Shown here in pieces: positions 44,790-54,742 of a stretch of DNA of 64,000 nt. The stretch is from an uncultured Spirochaetales bacterium (GTDB taxonomy: Bacteria; Myxococcota_A; UBA9160; UBA6930). Position 1 is the stretch's first letter, and every line of letters begins with the position of its first letter. Location: positions 2,656-66,655 of the forward strand of contig CAZCTH010000001.1 in assembly GCA_964501435.1 (NCBI GenBank), in the 5' to 3' direction. Below the pieces are notes generated by a model, which was given only the letters and a program-made list of their open reading frames with translations, ran no database searches and had not been told where the DNA came from. Position numbers and translations under genes: made by a program.

Positions 44790-46634
44790 ATGACGCAGAC
44801 GAATGAGCTCGAGCCGTACACGGTCGACACCTCGGATCTGGACTTCGATCCGGACGCGCTGCGGCGCAAATACATCGCCGAGCGCGACAAGCGGCTGCGC
44901 CTGCGCAGAGAAGGATTTGCGCAGTATCAGCACGTCTCCGGCGAGCTCGCAGGCTTCGCAGCGGATCCCTATGCGGGGCCGCGCCGGGGGCGCGAACCGC
45001 TGGCCGACCAGGTCGACGTGCTGATCGTCGGCGGAGGATTCGGCGGCTTGTTGACGGCCGCCGAGCTGCGACGCGATGGGGTCGAGAGCATCCGCTTTAT
45101 CGAGCTGGGCGGCGACTTCGGCGGCACCTGGTACTGGAACCGTTATCCCGGAGCGCAGTGCGACGTCGAATCCTTCGTCTATTTCCCGTTGCTCGAGGAG
45201 CTCGGCTACATCCCGAAGGAGCGGTACTCGCACGCGCCCGAGATCTTGGACCACTGCCGCGCGATCGCGAGACACTTCGACCTCTACCGCGACGCACTCT
45301 TTCAGACCGAGGTCACCGAGCTCCGCTGGGACGAAGACGCGGCGCTCTGGACCGTGCACACGGACCGCGCAGACCGGATTCGGGCTCACTACGTGATCCT
45401 CGCCAGCGGAGTCCTCGTCCGCCCCAAGCTTCCGGGCATTCCGGGCATCACGTCCTTCCGCGGCCACATGTTCCACACCAGCCGCTGGGACTACGCCTAC
45501 ACGGGTGGGAGCTGCGAGGGGAAGCTCAGCGGGCTCGCCGACAAGCGCGTCGGCATCATCGGCACCGGCGCGACCGCGGTGCAGTGCATTCCTCATCTGG
45601 GGGAGTCGTCGCGACACCTCTACGTCTTCCAGCGCACGCCGTCCTCGGTCGACGTGCGCAACAACGCGCCGACGGATCCTGCCTGGGTCGCAAAGCTCGA
45701 GCCCGGCTGGCACTCGGAGCGGGTTCGCAACTTCACTGCGGTCGTGAGCGGCGCTCGCCCGGCGCGGACGGCGACCGTCTCGACCCTGGTGGACGACGGC
45801 TGGACCGACGTGGCGAACAGCGCCGGCAAGATGGAGCGCGCAAAGCCGCGGCTGAGCGCGAAGCAGAAGAAGGAGCTCGCGGAGATCGCCGATCTCAAGA
45901 AGATGGAGGAGATCCGGCGGCGCGTATCGCGCATCGTCGAGCGAGAGTCGACCGCCGAGGCGCTGAAGGCTTATTACTGGCAGTACTGCAAGCGGCCCTG
46001 CTTCCACGACGAGTATCTGCAGACCTACAACCGCCCGAACGTCACGCTGGTCGATACGCGCGGCGAGGGTGTCGAGCGAATCACGCCCGAGGGCGTGGTC
46101 GTGGAAGGCACCGAGTACGCGCTCGACTGCTTGATCTTCAGCACCGGCTTCGAGCTGGGCAGCAGCTACACCGTGCGCTCGGGCTACGATCTGGTCGGTC
46201 GGGGAGGCCGCCGGCTGAGCGAGAAGTGGTCGAAGATGCCCTCGACGCTCCACGGGATGACCACGCGAGATTTTCCGAACTGCTTCTTCATCGGCTACCT
46301 GCAGACCGGCGTATCGCCCAACTTCACGCACATGCTCGGCGAGCAGGCGCGCCACCTCGCCTACATCCTCGGCGAGGGGCGCCGGCGCCGCGCGAGGACG
46401 ATCGAGCCCACCCAAACGGCTGAGGACGAGTGGTGCGCGGTGATCGAGCGCAGCGCCGAAGCGGTGGAGCGCCACTTCGCCAAGTGCACGCCCGGCTACT
46501 ACAGCAACGAAGGCGAGCAGGGGAACCGCAACGGTTTCATGAACGGGCAATACGGCGAAGGTCCGATGCGTTTCTTCGAGGTCCTCGCCGAGTGGCGTGC
46601 GGAAGGCAGCCTGCGGGGGCTCGAGCTGCGCTAG
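44790..46634 (+). CDS. Baeyer-Villiger-type flavin monooxygenase
   Basis: VLIVGGGFGG (FAD), FGGTWYWNRYPG, BVMO fingerprint FRGHMFHTSRWD and GIIGTGATAVQ (NADPH). Confidence 0.88.
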   Translation: MTQTNELEPYTVDTSDLDFDPDALRRKYIAERDKRLRLRREGFAQYQHVSGELAGFAADPYAGPRRGREPLADQVDVLIVGGGFGGLLTAAELRRDGVESIRFIELGGDFGGTWYWNRYPGAQCDVESFVYFPLLEELGYIPKERYSHAPEILDHCRAIARHFDLYRDALFQTEVTELRWDEDAALWTVHTDRADRIRAHYVILASGVLVRPKLPGIPGITSFRGHMFHTSRWDYAYTGGSCEGKLSGLADKRVGIIGTGATAVQCIPHLGESSRHLYVFQRTPSSVDVRNNAPTDPAWVAKLEPGWHSERVRNFTAVVSGARPARTATVSTLVDDGWTDVANSAGKMERAKPRLSAKQKKELAEIADLKKMEEIRRRVSRIVERESTAEALKAYYWQYCKRPCFHDEYLQTYNRPNVTLVDTRGEGVERITPEGVVVEGTEYALDCLIFSTGFELGSSYTVRSGYDLVGRGGRRLSEKWSKMPSTLHGMTTRDFPNCFFIGYLQTGVSPNFTHMLGEQARHLAYILGEGRRRRARTIEPTQTAEDEWCAVIERSAEAVERHFAKCTPGYYSNEGEQGNRNGFMNGQYGEGPMRFFEVLAEWRAEGSLRGLELR

Positions 46635-46713
46635 AGGCGAGCCCTCGAGGCGCGGTCGCTCGGGCGCGGTGATTGCGCGCTGATCCCTCGGAAAGGCGCA
46701 GCGCAGTGATCGC

Positions 46714-47871
46714 TCAGGCCGACTCGAGCGCGGCGCGCAGCTCGCGATGAAAGTGCTGGAGCGCGGGCTCGTTGCGCCCGAACACGACGTGCTCCTGCAC
46801 GCCCGCGGCGAAGCCAGTCTGAATGTGGCGACCCACCCGGAAATCCTCATGCTCGACCGTGTCCATGAGGACCTGCCAGTTCTTGTCCCAATGGCCGCGC
46901 CGGCTCTCGGCGAGCTCCGCCGACGGCGCGAGCAGGCTCACGCGTGCGGACGAGCGCGCCGGATCCGCGACGTCGGGGAAGACGGTCCACAGCTCGAAGT
47001 GGTCGCCCTGCCAGATCAGGATCGAGTTCGGGAACAGCTGGTAGACGACCGCCACGTGCGGGAGCAGATCGACCTGTTCGGGCGCCGTACTCAAGTGTCG
47101 ATCGAAGCTCTTTCGCGCGGCGACCATTCGGCCGTGGCGCCCTTGGGCGGCGAAGGGCGCGGGGCGGCCATGAATCAGCGCGCCCGCGGTGCGCGGATGA
47201 AGCACCGGCAGGTGATACGCCTCGAGGAACCCGTCCACGACGAGCTTCCAGTTGAGGCGATCGCGCAGCCAGACGCTGCGCTCCTCGACGTAAGCGTCGA
47301 GACCGAAGCCCGTGAGCTCGCGGTCGAGTGCACCGAGATGTGTACCGACGTCGAGCCGAGCGGCGGAGTCGGCGCTTGCCCAGAGCAGGCCGTGGCGCTG
47401 CTCGACGGGCACCGGAATCAAGCCGCGCTGCGCGCGGTCGAGGCCGGCGAACGCGGAGCTCTCCGTGATCGCACGCAGCGCGCCGTCCGTCCCGTAGATC
47501 CAGCCGTGATATGGGCAGCGGAAGGAGCGCGCCGCGCCGTACGGCTCCTCCACGACGCGCGCGCCGCGGTGCCGGCACAGGTTCGCGAACGCGCGCACGG
47601 AGCCGTCGTCCTGGCGCACGACGACGATCGGCAGCCCGACGAGATCTGCGGTGAGGAAGGCGCCCGCGCCCGAGAGCTGGCTGGCGTGCCCGACCACGAT
47701 CGGAAACCGCCGGAAGAGCGCCTTCAGCTCGCGCTGGAGGTGCTCGGGGTCGTAATAAGGGCGAGTCGGGTTGAGGAGCTCGGAGGGTGCGAGCGGGCTC
47801 GTTCCGTCGCTCTGATGGCGCTGCAGCTCCTGCACCAGCGCGCAGCGCGTCGCGAAATCCATGCCGCTCAC
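46714..47871 (-). CDS. alpha-only Rieske non-haem-iron oxygenase (phthalate/KshA-type family)
   Basis: Rieske CRHRGARVV..(17)..CPYHGWIY. Iron site NWKLVVDGFLEAYHLPVLH. No beta-subunit gene is adjacent. Confidence 0.85.
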   Translation of the reverse strand: MSGMDFATRCALVQELQRHQSDGTSPLAPSELLNPTRPYYDPEHLQRELKALFRRFPIVVGHASQLSGAGAFLTADLVGLPIVVVRQDDGSVRAFANLCRHRGARVVEEPYGAARSFRCPYHGWIYGTDGALRAITESSAFAGLDRAQRGLIPVPVEQRHGLLWASADSAARLDVGTHLGALDRELTGFGLDAYVEERSVWLRDRLNWKLVVDGFLEAYHLPVLHPRTAGALIHGRPAPFAAQGRHGRMVAARKSFDRHLSTAPEQVDLLPHVAVVYQLFPNSILIWQGDHFELWTVFPDVADPARSSARVSLLAPSAELAESRRGHWDKNWQVLMDTVEHEDFRVGRHIQTGFAAGVQEHVVFGRNEPALQHFHRELRAALESA

Positions 47872-47919
47872 TCCAGTGTGGCCGTTGAACGTCGCGTGCG
47901 GGCGCGCCCGCCGCGAGCC

Positions 47920-48798
47920 TCACCGCCCGATGAACACCGGCTTCCGCTTCTCCATGAACGCGCGCGGCCCCTCGACCGCGTCCTTCGAGCGCATCACGTC
48001 GGCTGCGCACTCGCTCTCGATGCGAAAGGCATCTGCCAGCGGCAAACCGTTCGTGCGCAGCAGCGCCTCCTTGATCTTCCGCACCGCGAGCGGCCCGTTC
48101 TCCGCGATGCGATTCGCGATCTCGGCCGCGCGCGCGAGCAGCTTCTCTCGCGGCACGATCTCGTTGATGAGGCCGATCCGGTGCGCCTCCGCGGCGGGCA
48201 TCGGATCGCCGGTCAGCAGAATCTCCATCGCCTTGCAGAACGGCACCTGCCGCTGAAGTCGCGCCAAGGAGCCGCCCGCCGGGATGATCCCGCGCTTCGG
48301 TTCCGAGAGGCCGAAGCTGGCCTCGGGACAGGCGATCCGAATGTCGGTGGCCTGAAGAATCTCGGTACCGCCCGCGAGCGCCGCGCCGTTCACCGCGGCG
48401 ATCACGGGCTTGTAGAGCTCGAAGCGCCGTAACAGGCCGGTGTCGAGCGCCTGGCGATCCTCGATCAGCTCTCGATCCCAGTCGGTCTCCGGCTTGCGAG
48501 CGCCGGTGAAGAGCGGGATCAGGAGCTGGAGATCCGCGCCGGCGCAGAACGCCTGATCACCGGCGCCCGTCAGCACGGCGACCCGCACGTCGTCGTCGTC
48601 GCGGAAATCGCCCCACGCGTCCCGCAGCCGCACGAGCATCTCGGGGCTGATCGCGTTGCGGCGCTCGGGCCGATTCATCGTCAGCCACGCGATTCCGTCG
48701 CGCTTCTCGTACAGTAGGTGCACGGGGTACCTCGCAAGAGCCGTCGGGGTCCGCTCGCTGGTGAGCGGCACACCCTCAGGCTGTCGCCAGGGGACCAC
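47920..48798 (-). CDS. enoyl-CoA hydratase/isomerase (crotonase) family protein
   Basis: IAWLTMNRPERRNAI, FCAGADL and AAVNGAALAGGTEI motifs. True start is probably downstream of 48798. Confidence 0.85.
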   Translation of the reverse strand: MVPWRQPEGVPLTSERTPTALARYPVHLLYEKRDGIAWLTMNRPERRNAISPEMLVRLRDAWGDFRDDDDVRVAVLTGAGDQAFCAGADLQLLIPLFTGARKPETDWDRELIEDRQALDTGLLRRFELYKPVIAAVNGAALAGGTEILQATDIRIACPEASFGLSEPKRGIIPAGGSLARLQRQVPFCKAMEILLTGDPMPAAEAHRIGLINEIVPREKLLARAAEIANRIAENGPLAVRKIKEALLRTNGLPLADAFRIESECAADVMRSKDAVEGPRAFMEKRKPVFIGR

Positions 48799-48875
48799 AG
48801 GCTAGGTAAACTCGCAACGTCGTTCGATCATCGGAAACAGCCCGCGCAGGTTGTGCGGGCACGGGAGAAGCGGCC

Positions 48876-49511
48876 GTGGAAAACGCATTAGCGCAGCTGA
48901 ACAAGCGGGTACGTGCCTGGCGCGAGGAGCTCGGGCTTTCGCTTCACGAGCTAGCGGCACGCAGCGACGTGGCGGCGAGCACCATCCAGAAGGTCGAAAC
49001 GGGCCAGATGGTTCCTTCGATCGCCGTGTTGATCAAAATCGCGCGCGGCCTCGAGCGACGGCCGGCGGAGCTCGTGAGCGATGCGAGCGAAGAGGCCGAG
49101 GTCGTGGTGACACGGGCGAAGCACCACCCGACGATCAGCTCGCCGTCGCGCATGCGCGTCGAACGGCTGTCGGGCGACCTCTTCGACCCAGCCATCGAGG
49201 TGTGGCGCGGCCAGCTCGAGCCCAGTCACGGAAGCGGGAAGGGAACCTACGCCTACGAAGGAGAAGAGGTTGTCATCTGCGAGGAAGGCGAGATCTCCTT
49301 CGAGGTGGGCGGCGAGGAGTACGTGCTGACGCCCGGCGACACGCTCCACTTCAAGGCGGGCATTCCGCATCGCTGGTGGAACTCGGGCTCCCGGACGGCG
49401 CGGTTCCTGATCGTCGGGAACTTCCCGCGCGGCCTGCGTTCGAAGCTGCATCGCCAGCTGCAGCGCCAGCCGGCGACGAAGCGCGCGGCGTCCTCGACTA
49501 GCCGCAGCTAG
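48876..49511 (+). CDS. XRE-family HTH regulator with C-terminal cupin domain
   Basis: LGLSLHELAARSDVAASTIQKVETGQMVPSIAVLIKIARGL (HTH_3) plus GDTLHFKAGIPHRWWN (cupin). Divergent from the crotonase gene. Confidence 0.85.
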   Translation: MENALAQLNKRVRAWREELGLSLHELAARSDVAASTIQKVETGQMVPSIAVLIKIARGLERRPAELVSDASEEAEVVVTRAKHHPTISSPSRMRVERLSGDLFDPAIEVWRGQLEPSHGSGKGTYAYEGEEVVICEEGEISFEVGGEEYVLTPGDTLHFKAGIPHRWWNSGSRTARFLIVGNFPRGLRSKLHRQLQRQPATKRAASSTSRS

Positions 49512-49539
49512 TCGCCGGGCTCCAAGAGCGGAGTCGCCA

Positions 49540-50670
49540 GTGAAGTTCAATCTCTTCATGTACTGCACGGTCGGGCGCCGCGCGGAGCTCGAGGCCGGGA
49601 TGGCCGGCCAGCGCAACGATCTCTACCAGCGCATGTTGGTCGAGATCGCCGAGTACGCGCGCTTCGCCGATGAAGCCGGCTACGCGGGCTTCGGCCATCC
49701 CGAGCACCACCTCCAGATCGAAGGCTTCGAGGCGAGCAACGAGCCCACGCTGATGGCGATGTGGCTCGGCCAGCACACGAAGCGCCTGCGCGTGATCACC
49801 TGCGGCTTCGTTTCGACGACGCACAACCCGCTGCGCACGGCGGAGTCGATCGCGACGCTCGACCACATGCTCGGCGGTCGCTTCGGCGTCGGGCTCGTAC
49901 GCGGTTATCAGGCGCGCTGGGTCGACAACTTTCGCATCCGCCCCGAGCTCAGCGCCGTGGGCCCGTGGAACCGCGACAGCGCCGACGACGACTCGAACCG
50001 CGAGTACTTCGACGAGTACGTCGAAGTCGTGCTGAAGGCGCTGCGCGAACCGACGTTCTCTCATGCAGGGAGATTCTGGACGTTCCCGCCCGCGGGGTTC
50101 GTGAATCCGCACGAGCACCGCGTCTACGTCGACTTCGGCCGCGGTGTCGACGCCGACATGCGTGTGCGCGAGATCGGCATCGCGCCGCGTCCGCTGCAGA
50201 GGCCGCATCCGCCCCTCTACGGCGGCTTCACGCACAGCCTGCGCACGGCGCTGTTCTGGGCGAAGTACGGCGGCAAGCCGATCGTGCTGTCGTCGAATCT
50301 CGAGTTCTGTCAGAAGCTGTGGGCCGCCTATCGCACCGAAGCGGCTCGCCACGGGCGCACGGTCGCGCCGGGCGAGGAGGCAGGCTGGGGCGGCATCCTC
50401 GTGGCGGCGCCGACGGACGCCGAGGCGCAAGCGTGGGCGGAGGACATGCGCTGGTTCTGGGAGCGCTGGTCGGTGCCGTTTGGGCAGGGCCTCCCCGAAC
50501 TGCTCGTGGGCTCTCCCGACACGCTTTCGCGCCGCATCGAGCAGGCGTCGATCGCGGTGCCGATCGAGGAGTGCTTTCTCTTGATTCCGCAGGGGCTCCA
50601 CGCCCGGGACCGGATCCTGCGCTCGCTCGAGCTGTTCGCGGAGAAGGTGATGCCGCGCTTCGCGGCGTGA
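49540..50670 (+). CDS. luciferase-like (LLM-class) flavin-dependent oxidoreductase
   Basis: MKFNLFMY.. N-terminus, GFGHPEHHLQIEGFE, and a length and composition typical of the LLM family. Confidence 0.75.
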   Translation: MKFNLFMYCTVGRRAELEAGMAGQRNDLYQRMLVEIAEYARFADEAGYAGFGHPEHHLQIEGFEASNEPTLMAMWLGQHTKRLRVITCGFVSTTHNPLRTAESIATLDHMLGGRFGVGLVRGYQARWVDNFRIRPELSAVGPWNRDSADDDSNREYFDEYVEVVLKALREPTFSHAGRFWTFPPAGFVNPHEHRVYVDFGRGVDADMRVREIGIAPRPLQRPHPPLYGGFTHSLRTALFWAKYGGKPIVLSSNLEFCQKLWAAYRTEAARHGRTVAPGEEAGWGGILVAAPTDAEAQAWAEDMRWFWERWSVPFGQGLPELLVGSPDTLSRRIEQASIAVPIEECFLLIPQGLHARDRILRSLELFAEKVMPRFAA

Positions 50671-50819
50671 GCTGGTCGACCGAACGGCCCTTGCGTTTCG
50701 GATGGGAAATGATCTAGCGTTTTCGCAACAGCCGACGCGCCGGGCGACCGGCGTCTCCGGGGACGTGCGACGCCGCATCGTCGCCAGCGCGCCGGCTCCC
50801 GAGATCGAGGAGAGCAGGC

Positions 50820-51266
50820 ATGGCGCGCATCCATCCTCCGGGGTTCCCGATCGAGCGCGGCAAGGTTCACGAGTTCGCGAATGCGATCGGCGCGGAGGAT
50901 CCGCTTCACCACGACGCCGAGGCTGCGCGCGCGGCGGGTCTACCCGGAGTGGTCGCGCCCCCGACGTTCTCGGCTGCGGCCGCGTTCTTCCCCGAGCCCG
51001 GCGGGGCGGGCGGGCTCGGGATCCAGGGCCTCGACATGCGCTTCGTGCTGCACGGAGGACAAGAGCTCGAGTACGAACGGCCGCTCTTCGCCGGAGACTT
51101 GTTACGGGCCGAGCCCGGCGACACGAAGTCTTACGAGAAGCAGGGAAAACGCGGCGGCACGATGAAGTTCATCGAGACCGAGACGCTCTACCGCGACGTG
51201 CTGAGCGCCGTCGTGCTGCGCGTCCGGAACACGCTGGTGCAAACGGCGGGAGTCGTGAAGGAATGA
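50820..51266 (+). CDS. MaoC/hot-dog hydratase subunit (N-terminal-type, non-catalytic half)
   Basis: FPIERGKVHEFANAIGAEDPLHHD is the FAS1-DH/MaoC_N-like pattern. 148 aa. Confidence 0.75.
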   Translation: MARIHPPGFPIERGKVHEFANAIGAEDPLHHDAEAARAAGLPGVVAPPTFSAAAAFFPEPGGAGGLGIQGLDMRFVLHGGQELEYERPLFAGDLLRAEPGDTKSYEKQGKRGGTMKFIETETLYRDVLSAVVLRVRNTLVQTAGVVKE

Positions 51267-51688
51267 GCCACGACGTTTCGCAGGCGAAGGTCGGCGAAGG
51301 GCGCTCATTTCGCGTCGACGACGTGAACCGAAGCCACTTCGTTCGTTACGCGGGCGCGAGCGGCGACTTCAACCCGATCCATCACGATCAGACCTTCGCC
51401 GAGAAGGCGGGGCTTCCGACGGTGTTCGGGATGGGCATGTTCACGGCCGGCGTGCTGAGCCGGGTCGCGACGGAGTGGTTCGGCGCGACCTCGGTGGCCC
51501 GCTACGCGATCCGCTTCACCTCGCGCGTCTGGCCAGGCGACTCCGTGACCTGTCACGGCAAGGTGGCGCGCGTCTATGCGAAGGACGGAGTTCCCCACGC
51601 CGACCTCGAGCTGCGCGCGATCTCGCAGAAGGGCGAGGATCTAATTCGCGCCGAAGCGACCGTCCGGAGCTGGCAGCCGCCGCCCTGA
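51263..51688 (+). CDS. MaoC-like (R)-specific enoyl-CoA hydratase subunit
   Basis: YAGASGDFNPIHHDQTFAEKAGLPTVFGMGM hydratase motif. ATGA overlap with the preceding hot-dog gene. Confidence 0.85.
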   Translation: MSHDVSQAKVGEGRSFRVDDVNRSHFVRYAGASGDFNPIHHDQTFAEKAGLPTVFGMGMFTAGVLSRVATEWFGATSVARYAIRFTSRVWPGDSVTCHGKVARVYAKDGVPHADLELRAISQKGEDLIRAEATVRSWQPPP

Positions 51689-51740
51689 GCGGAAGCCGCG
51701 CGCGCTGAGGCGCGTCTGCCACGATTCGAGAGGAGCGGGG

Positions 51741-52763
51741 ATGAAGCTCGACGCCCAACTTCGCGTGATGGACCCCGTCCGCGCGGGCGAGTTCGCGAAG
51801 CAATGCGAGGAGCGCCGCTACGACGGCGTGTGGAGCGTCGAGGCGGGTCGCGACCCCTTCCTGCCGTTGGCCTCCGTCGCCGCCGCGACACGCACGCTCG
51901 AGTTCGGCACCAACATCGCGGTGGCGTTCGCGCGCAGTCCCCTCTCCATGGCGCAGGTCGCCTGGGACCTGCAGCGCCTCAGCGGCGGTCGCCTCATCCT
52001 TGGGCTCGGCACCCAGGTGCGTGCGCACGTCGAGCGCCGCTACTCGATGCCATTCGAGCATCCGGCGGCGCGCGTCACCGATTACATCCGCTGCCTGCGC
52101 GCGATCTGGCGCACCTTCCAGACCGGCGAGACGCCGGACTACCGCGGTCCTTTCTACCAGTTCACGCTGATGAATCCGATGTTCAATCCCGGCCCCATCG
52201 ACCATCCGGAGATCAGGGTGGCGCTCGCCGGCGTAAATCCCCGCATGTGCGAGGCCGCGGGTGAAGTGGCCGACGGCTTCCACGTCCATCCCATGCACTC
52301 GCCGGGCTACCTGCGCGACATCGTGATGCCGGCGCTGGACAAGGGCGCGCGCACACGTGGCCGGCGCGCGCAGGATCTCGAGCTGTTCGCGCCCGTCTTC
52401 GTCGTGACGGGCGACGACGCCGGCGAGCGCAGCCGTTCGGAAGCGCGCGTTCGCCAGCAGATCGCGTTCTATGGCTCGACTCCGAGCTACCGCACGCTGC
52501 TCGAGTACCACGGCTTCGGCGCGCTCGGGAAGGACCTCAGCGCGCTCGCGCGCGGCGGCGAGTGGGAGGCGATGGCGAGGCGCGTTCCCGACGCGCTCGT
52601 CGAGGCCGTCGCGGTCGTCGCCAAGCCAAGCGAGCTCGCCGTCGCGCTTCGCAAGCGCTGCGAGGGACTCCTCGATCGGGTCTCGCTCTACTTCCCGATC
52701 GCTGCCGAGGGGTCCGAGAGCGAGTGGCGCAAGTTCGTCGATGCATTCCACGGCACCGCCTGA
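51741..52763 (+). CDS. LLM-class (possibly F420-dependent) oxidoreductase
   Basis: YDGVWSVEAGRDPFLPLA..GGRLILGLGTQV fits the LLM/F420-type pattern. 340 aa. Confidence 0.75.
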   Translation: MKLDAQLRVMDPVRAGEFAKQCEERRYDGVWSVEAGRDPFLPLASVAAATRTLEFGTNIAVAFARSPLSMAQVAWDLQRLSGGRLILGLGTQVRAHVERRYSMPFEHPAARVTDYIRCLRAIWRTFQTGETPDYRGPFYQFTLMNPMFNPGPIDHPEIRVALAGVNPRMCEAAGEVADGFHVHPMHSPGYLRDIVMPALDKGARTRGRRAQDLELFAPVFVVTGDDAGERSRSEARVRQQIAFYGSTPSYRTLLEYHGFGALGKDLSALARGGEWEAMARRVPDALVEAVAVVAKPSELAVALRKRCEGLLDRVSLYFPIAAEGSESEWRKFVDAFHGTA

Positions 52764-53855
52764 TCGACTGGCGACGCCGCTTGCGAAGCGGCTCGGCATC
52801 TCGCTTCCCATCGTGCTTCCGGGGATGACGCGAGTCTCGACGCCGTCCCTCGTCGCGGCGGTGTCGGAGGCGGGCGGGCTCGGGCTCCTTGCGACGGCTT
52901 CGCTCGGACCCGACGACGTGCGCCGCGCAATTCGCGAGACCCGCGAGCGCACCGCGCGACCGTTCGGCGTGAACGTTCCTCTCCTGGTGCCCGGCGCGCG
53001 CGAGAACCTCGAGGTCGCAGTCGCGGAGCGTGTACCGGTCGTGAATTACGGACTCGGCAACGGCGGCTGGTGCGTTCCGTTCGTCCACAATTACGGCGGC
53101 ACGGTGATCGCCACCGTCGCGACGCTCCGGCACGCGCTCGCAGCCGAGCGACAGGGCTGCGACGCGGTGCTTGCGGTCGGCCACGAGGCCGCGGGGCACG
53201 GCGGCGAGCTCGGCTCGCTCGTATTCGTCCCGACGCTGGTCGACGCGCTGTCGATCCCGGTCGTCGCGGCTGGCGGCTTCGCCGATGGGCGCGGGCTCGC
53301 GGCCGCGCTCGTGCTCGGCGCGCAGGCGGCAGCGCTCGGGACGCGCTTCGCCACCGCGGCCGAGAGCCCGCTGCATCCGAACACGAAAGCCGCAGTGATC
53401 GCGGCAGGCGGCGAGGACACGCTGATTACGGACCGTCTCGACGGAATGCCGTGCCGCGTGCTGTCCGCGGCCGGGGCGCGCCACACGGCACGCGAGGGAA
53501 ACGGCACCTTGGCTGCGCTCGCCGCCTCGCGCGCGAGCGCGACGCGTCGTGGCTCGCGCTCGTCGCTCGAGTGCTGCTCCGCGGCCCGGCCGGGACGCTT
53601 CGGCTCGCGCGGGCCGCGGGGGCTGCGGGAGCGATGCGGCTCGCGCTCGAAGCGGGCGACCTCGAGCGCGGCGTGGCGCCGGCGGGGCAGGCAGTGGCGC
53701 TCGTGCGCTCGGCGCGGCCCGCGGGTGAGCTCGCGCGCGAGGCCGCCGCCATCGCTCGCGCGCTGCTGGGCGCGAGCAGCGGCGAGCAGTCAGGGGGAAA
53801 CCCCGAAGCTTTCCCTCAGCCTGCGCCGGGGATCGGCGCCTCGGAAGTGCGGTAG
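52741..53855 (+). pseudogene. nitronate monooxygenase-family gene interrupted by a frameshift (or assembly indel)
   Basis: The N-terminal ~255 residues (LGISLPIVLPGM..GGFADGRGLAAALVLGAQAAALGTRF..DGMPCRVL) are in the frame of ORF 52471-53874. The family-typical C-terminus (AMRLALEAGDLERGVAPAGQAVALVRSARPAGELAREAAAIARALL) is in the frame of ORF 53070-53855. The switch lies near the CG-repeat run at about 53490-53545. Confidence 0.6.
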
Positions 53856-54622
53856 CCGGCGTCCGTTGGGATGACGAGCTTGCGGCCGCTCGCGTCGGCG
53901 ACGATGCGAGGCATTACGGGGACGACGCGCCGCGCGCGCGAAGCTGCGAGCACCTCGTTCGCCGACGCGAGCTCGCACACGCTCTCGAGATTGCAAAGCG
54001 TCGGGAAGATGATCTGGCGCTCTCCGCGCGACGCCTCGGCGAGCGCGTCGGCAGGCCGGATCCACACGTGGTGCGTCGACTCCTCGCCGTCGGGAGCCGC
54101 GCGCTGGCCCGCTGGCGCAATCGCGGTGAAGAAGAGGGTGTCGAAGCGCTGCGGCACGCGCTCTGGCGTGATCCAACGCGCGTGGATCGCGAGCGCTCCG
54201 CCGCACAGCTCGAGGTCGTGCGCCTCGACGAGATCCGCAAAGGAGGTGTCACCGCTCTGACAAGCGAGTCGCTCCGCGACTAGATCTCGGAGCAGGTCGC
54301 CAGCGACGAAATCTCGGCTTCCACGCTTTCTCGCGAGCAGGATGCCCGCTTCCTCGAACGTCTCCCGAATCGCGGCGACGCAATACCCGACGGCCTGCGT
54401 CGGGGAGAGCTCCGGCACTCGCGCCGAGATGGCTCCCGGTTCGAGGTCGGCGATGCGGCCAGCGAGCTCGTAGTCGCCGTCTTCCACGCGCCCGCCTGGA
54501 AACACGTAGAGATCCGGCAGCCAATCCGAGCGAGCCGAGCGGCGCAGCAGCAACACCTCCAGCGACGGTGCCGCGTCGCGCAGCAAGAGAACGGTCGCTG
54601 CAGGGACGGGCAGGGCGGACAT
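53816..54622 (-). CDS. NUDIX hydrolase
   Basis: Nudix box GGRVEDGD..(x)..AIRETFEEAGILLA. Confidence 0.85.
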   Translation of the reverse strand: MSALPVPAATVLLLRDAAPSLEVLLLRRSARSDWLPDLYVFPGGRVEDGDYELAGRIADLEPGAISARVPELSPTQAVGYCVAAIRETFEEAGILLARKRGSRDFVAGDLLRDLVAERLACQSGDTSFADLVEAHDLELCGGALAIHARWITPERVPQRFDTLFFTAIAPAGQRAAPDGEESTHHVWIRPADALAEASRGERQIIFPTLCNLESVCELASANEVLAASRARRVVPVMPRIVADASGRKLVIPTDAGYRTSEAPIPGAG

Positions 54623-54742
54623 GAACGCTCCTCACGGGCGACTTCGCCGAGACGGGCGGTAACGCTCGCATTCCGGCTCGAGATGGACAATCCTACACAA
54701 AGTTTCCGATCGGATGCGACGCGCGGCGCGGAGGAGCGAGCG

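Noticed and set aside
44553-46850. 765-aa minus-strand ORF opposite the BVMO gene
   Set aside because: It is a shadow ORF of the same kind. Similar ones occur at 36797-38749, 41228-42430, 24540-25838, 22626-23888, 20776-21879, 13919-15136 and 7068-8261. The opposite strand carries strong enzyme fingerprints in every case, and these translations are low-complexity.
53070-53855. 261-aa ORF as an independent gene
   Set aside because: Only its last ~110 residues look protein-like, and they match the C-terminus expected for the upstream NMO gene. I interpret it as the downstream half of a frameshifted gene.
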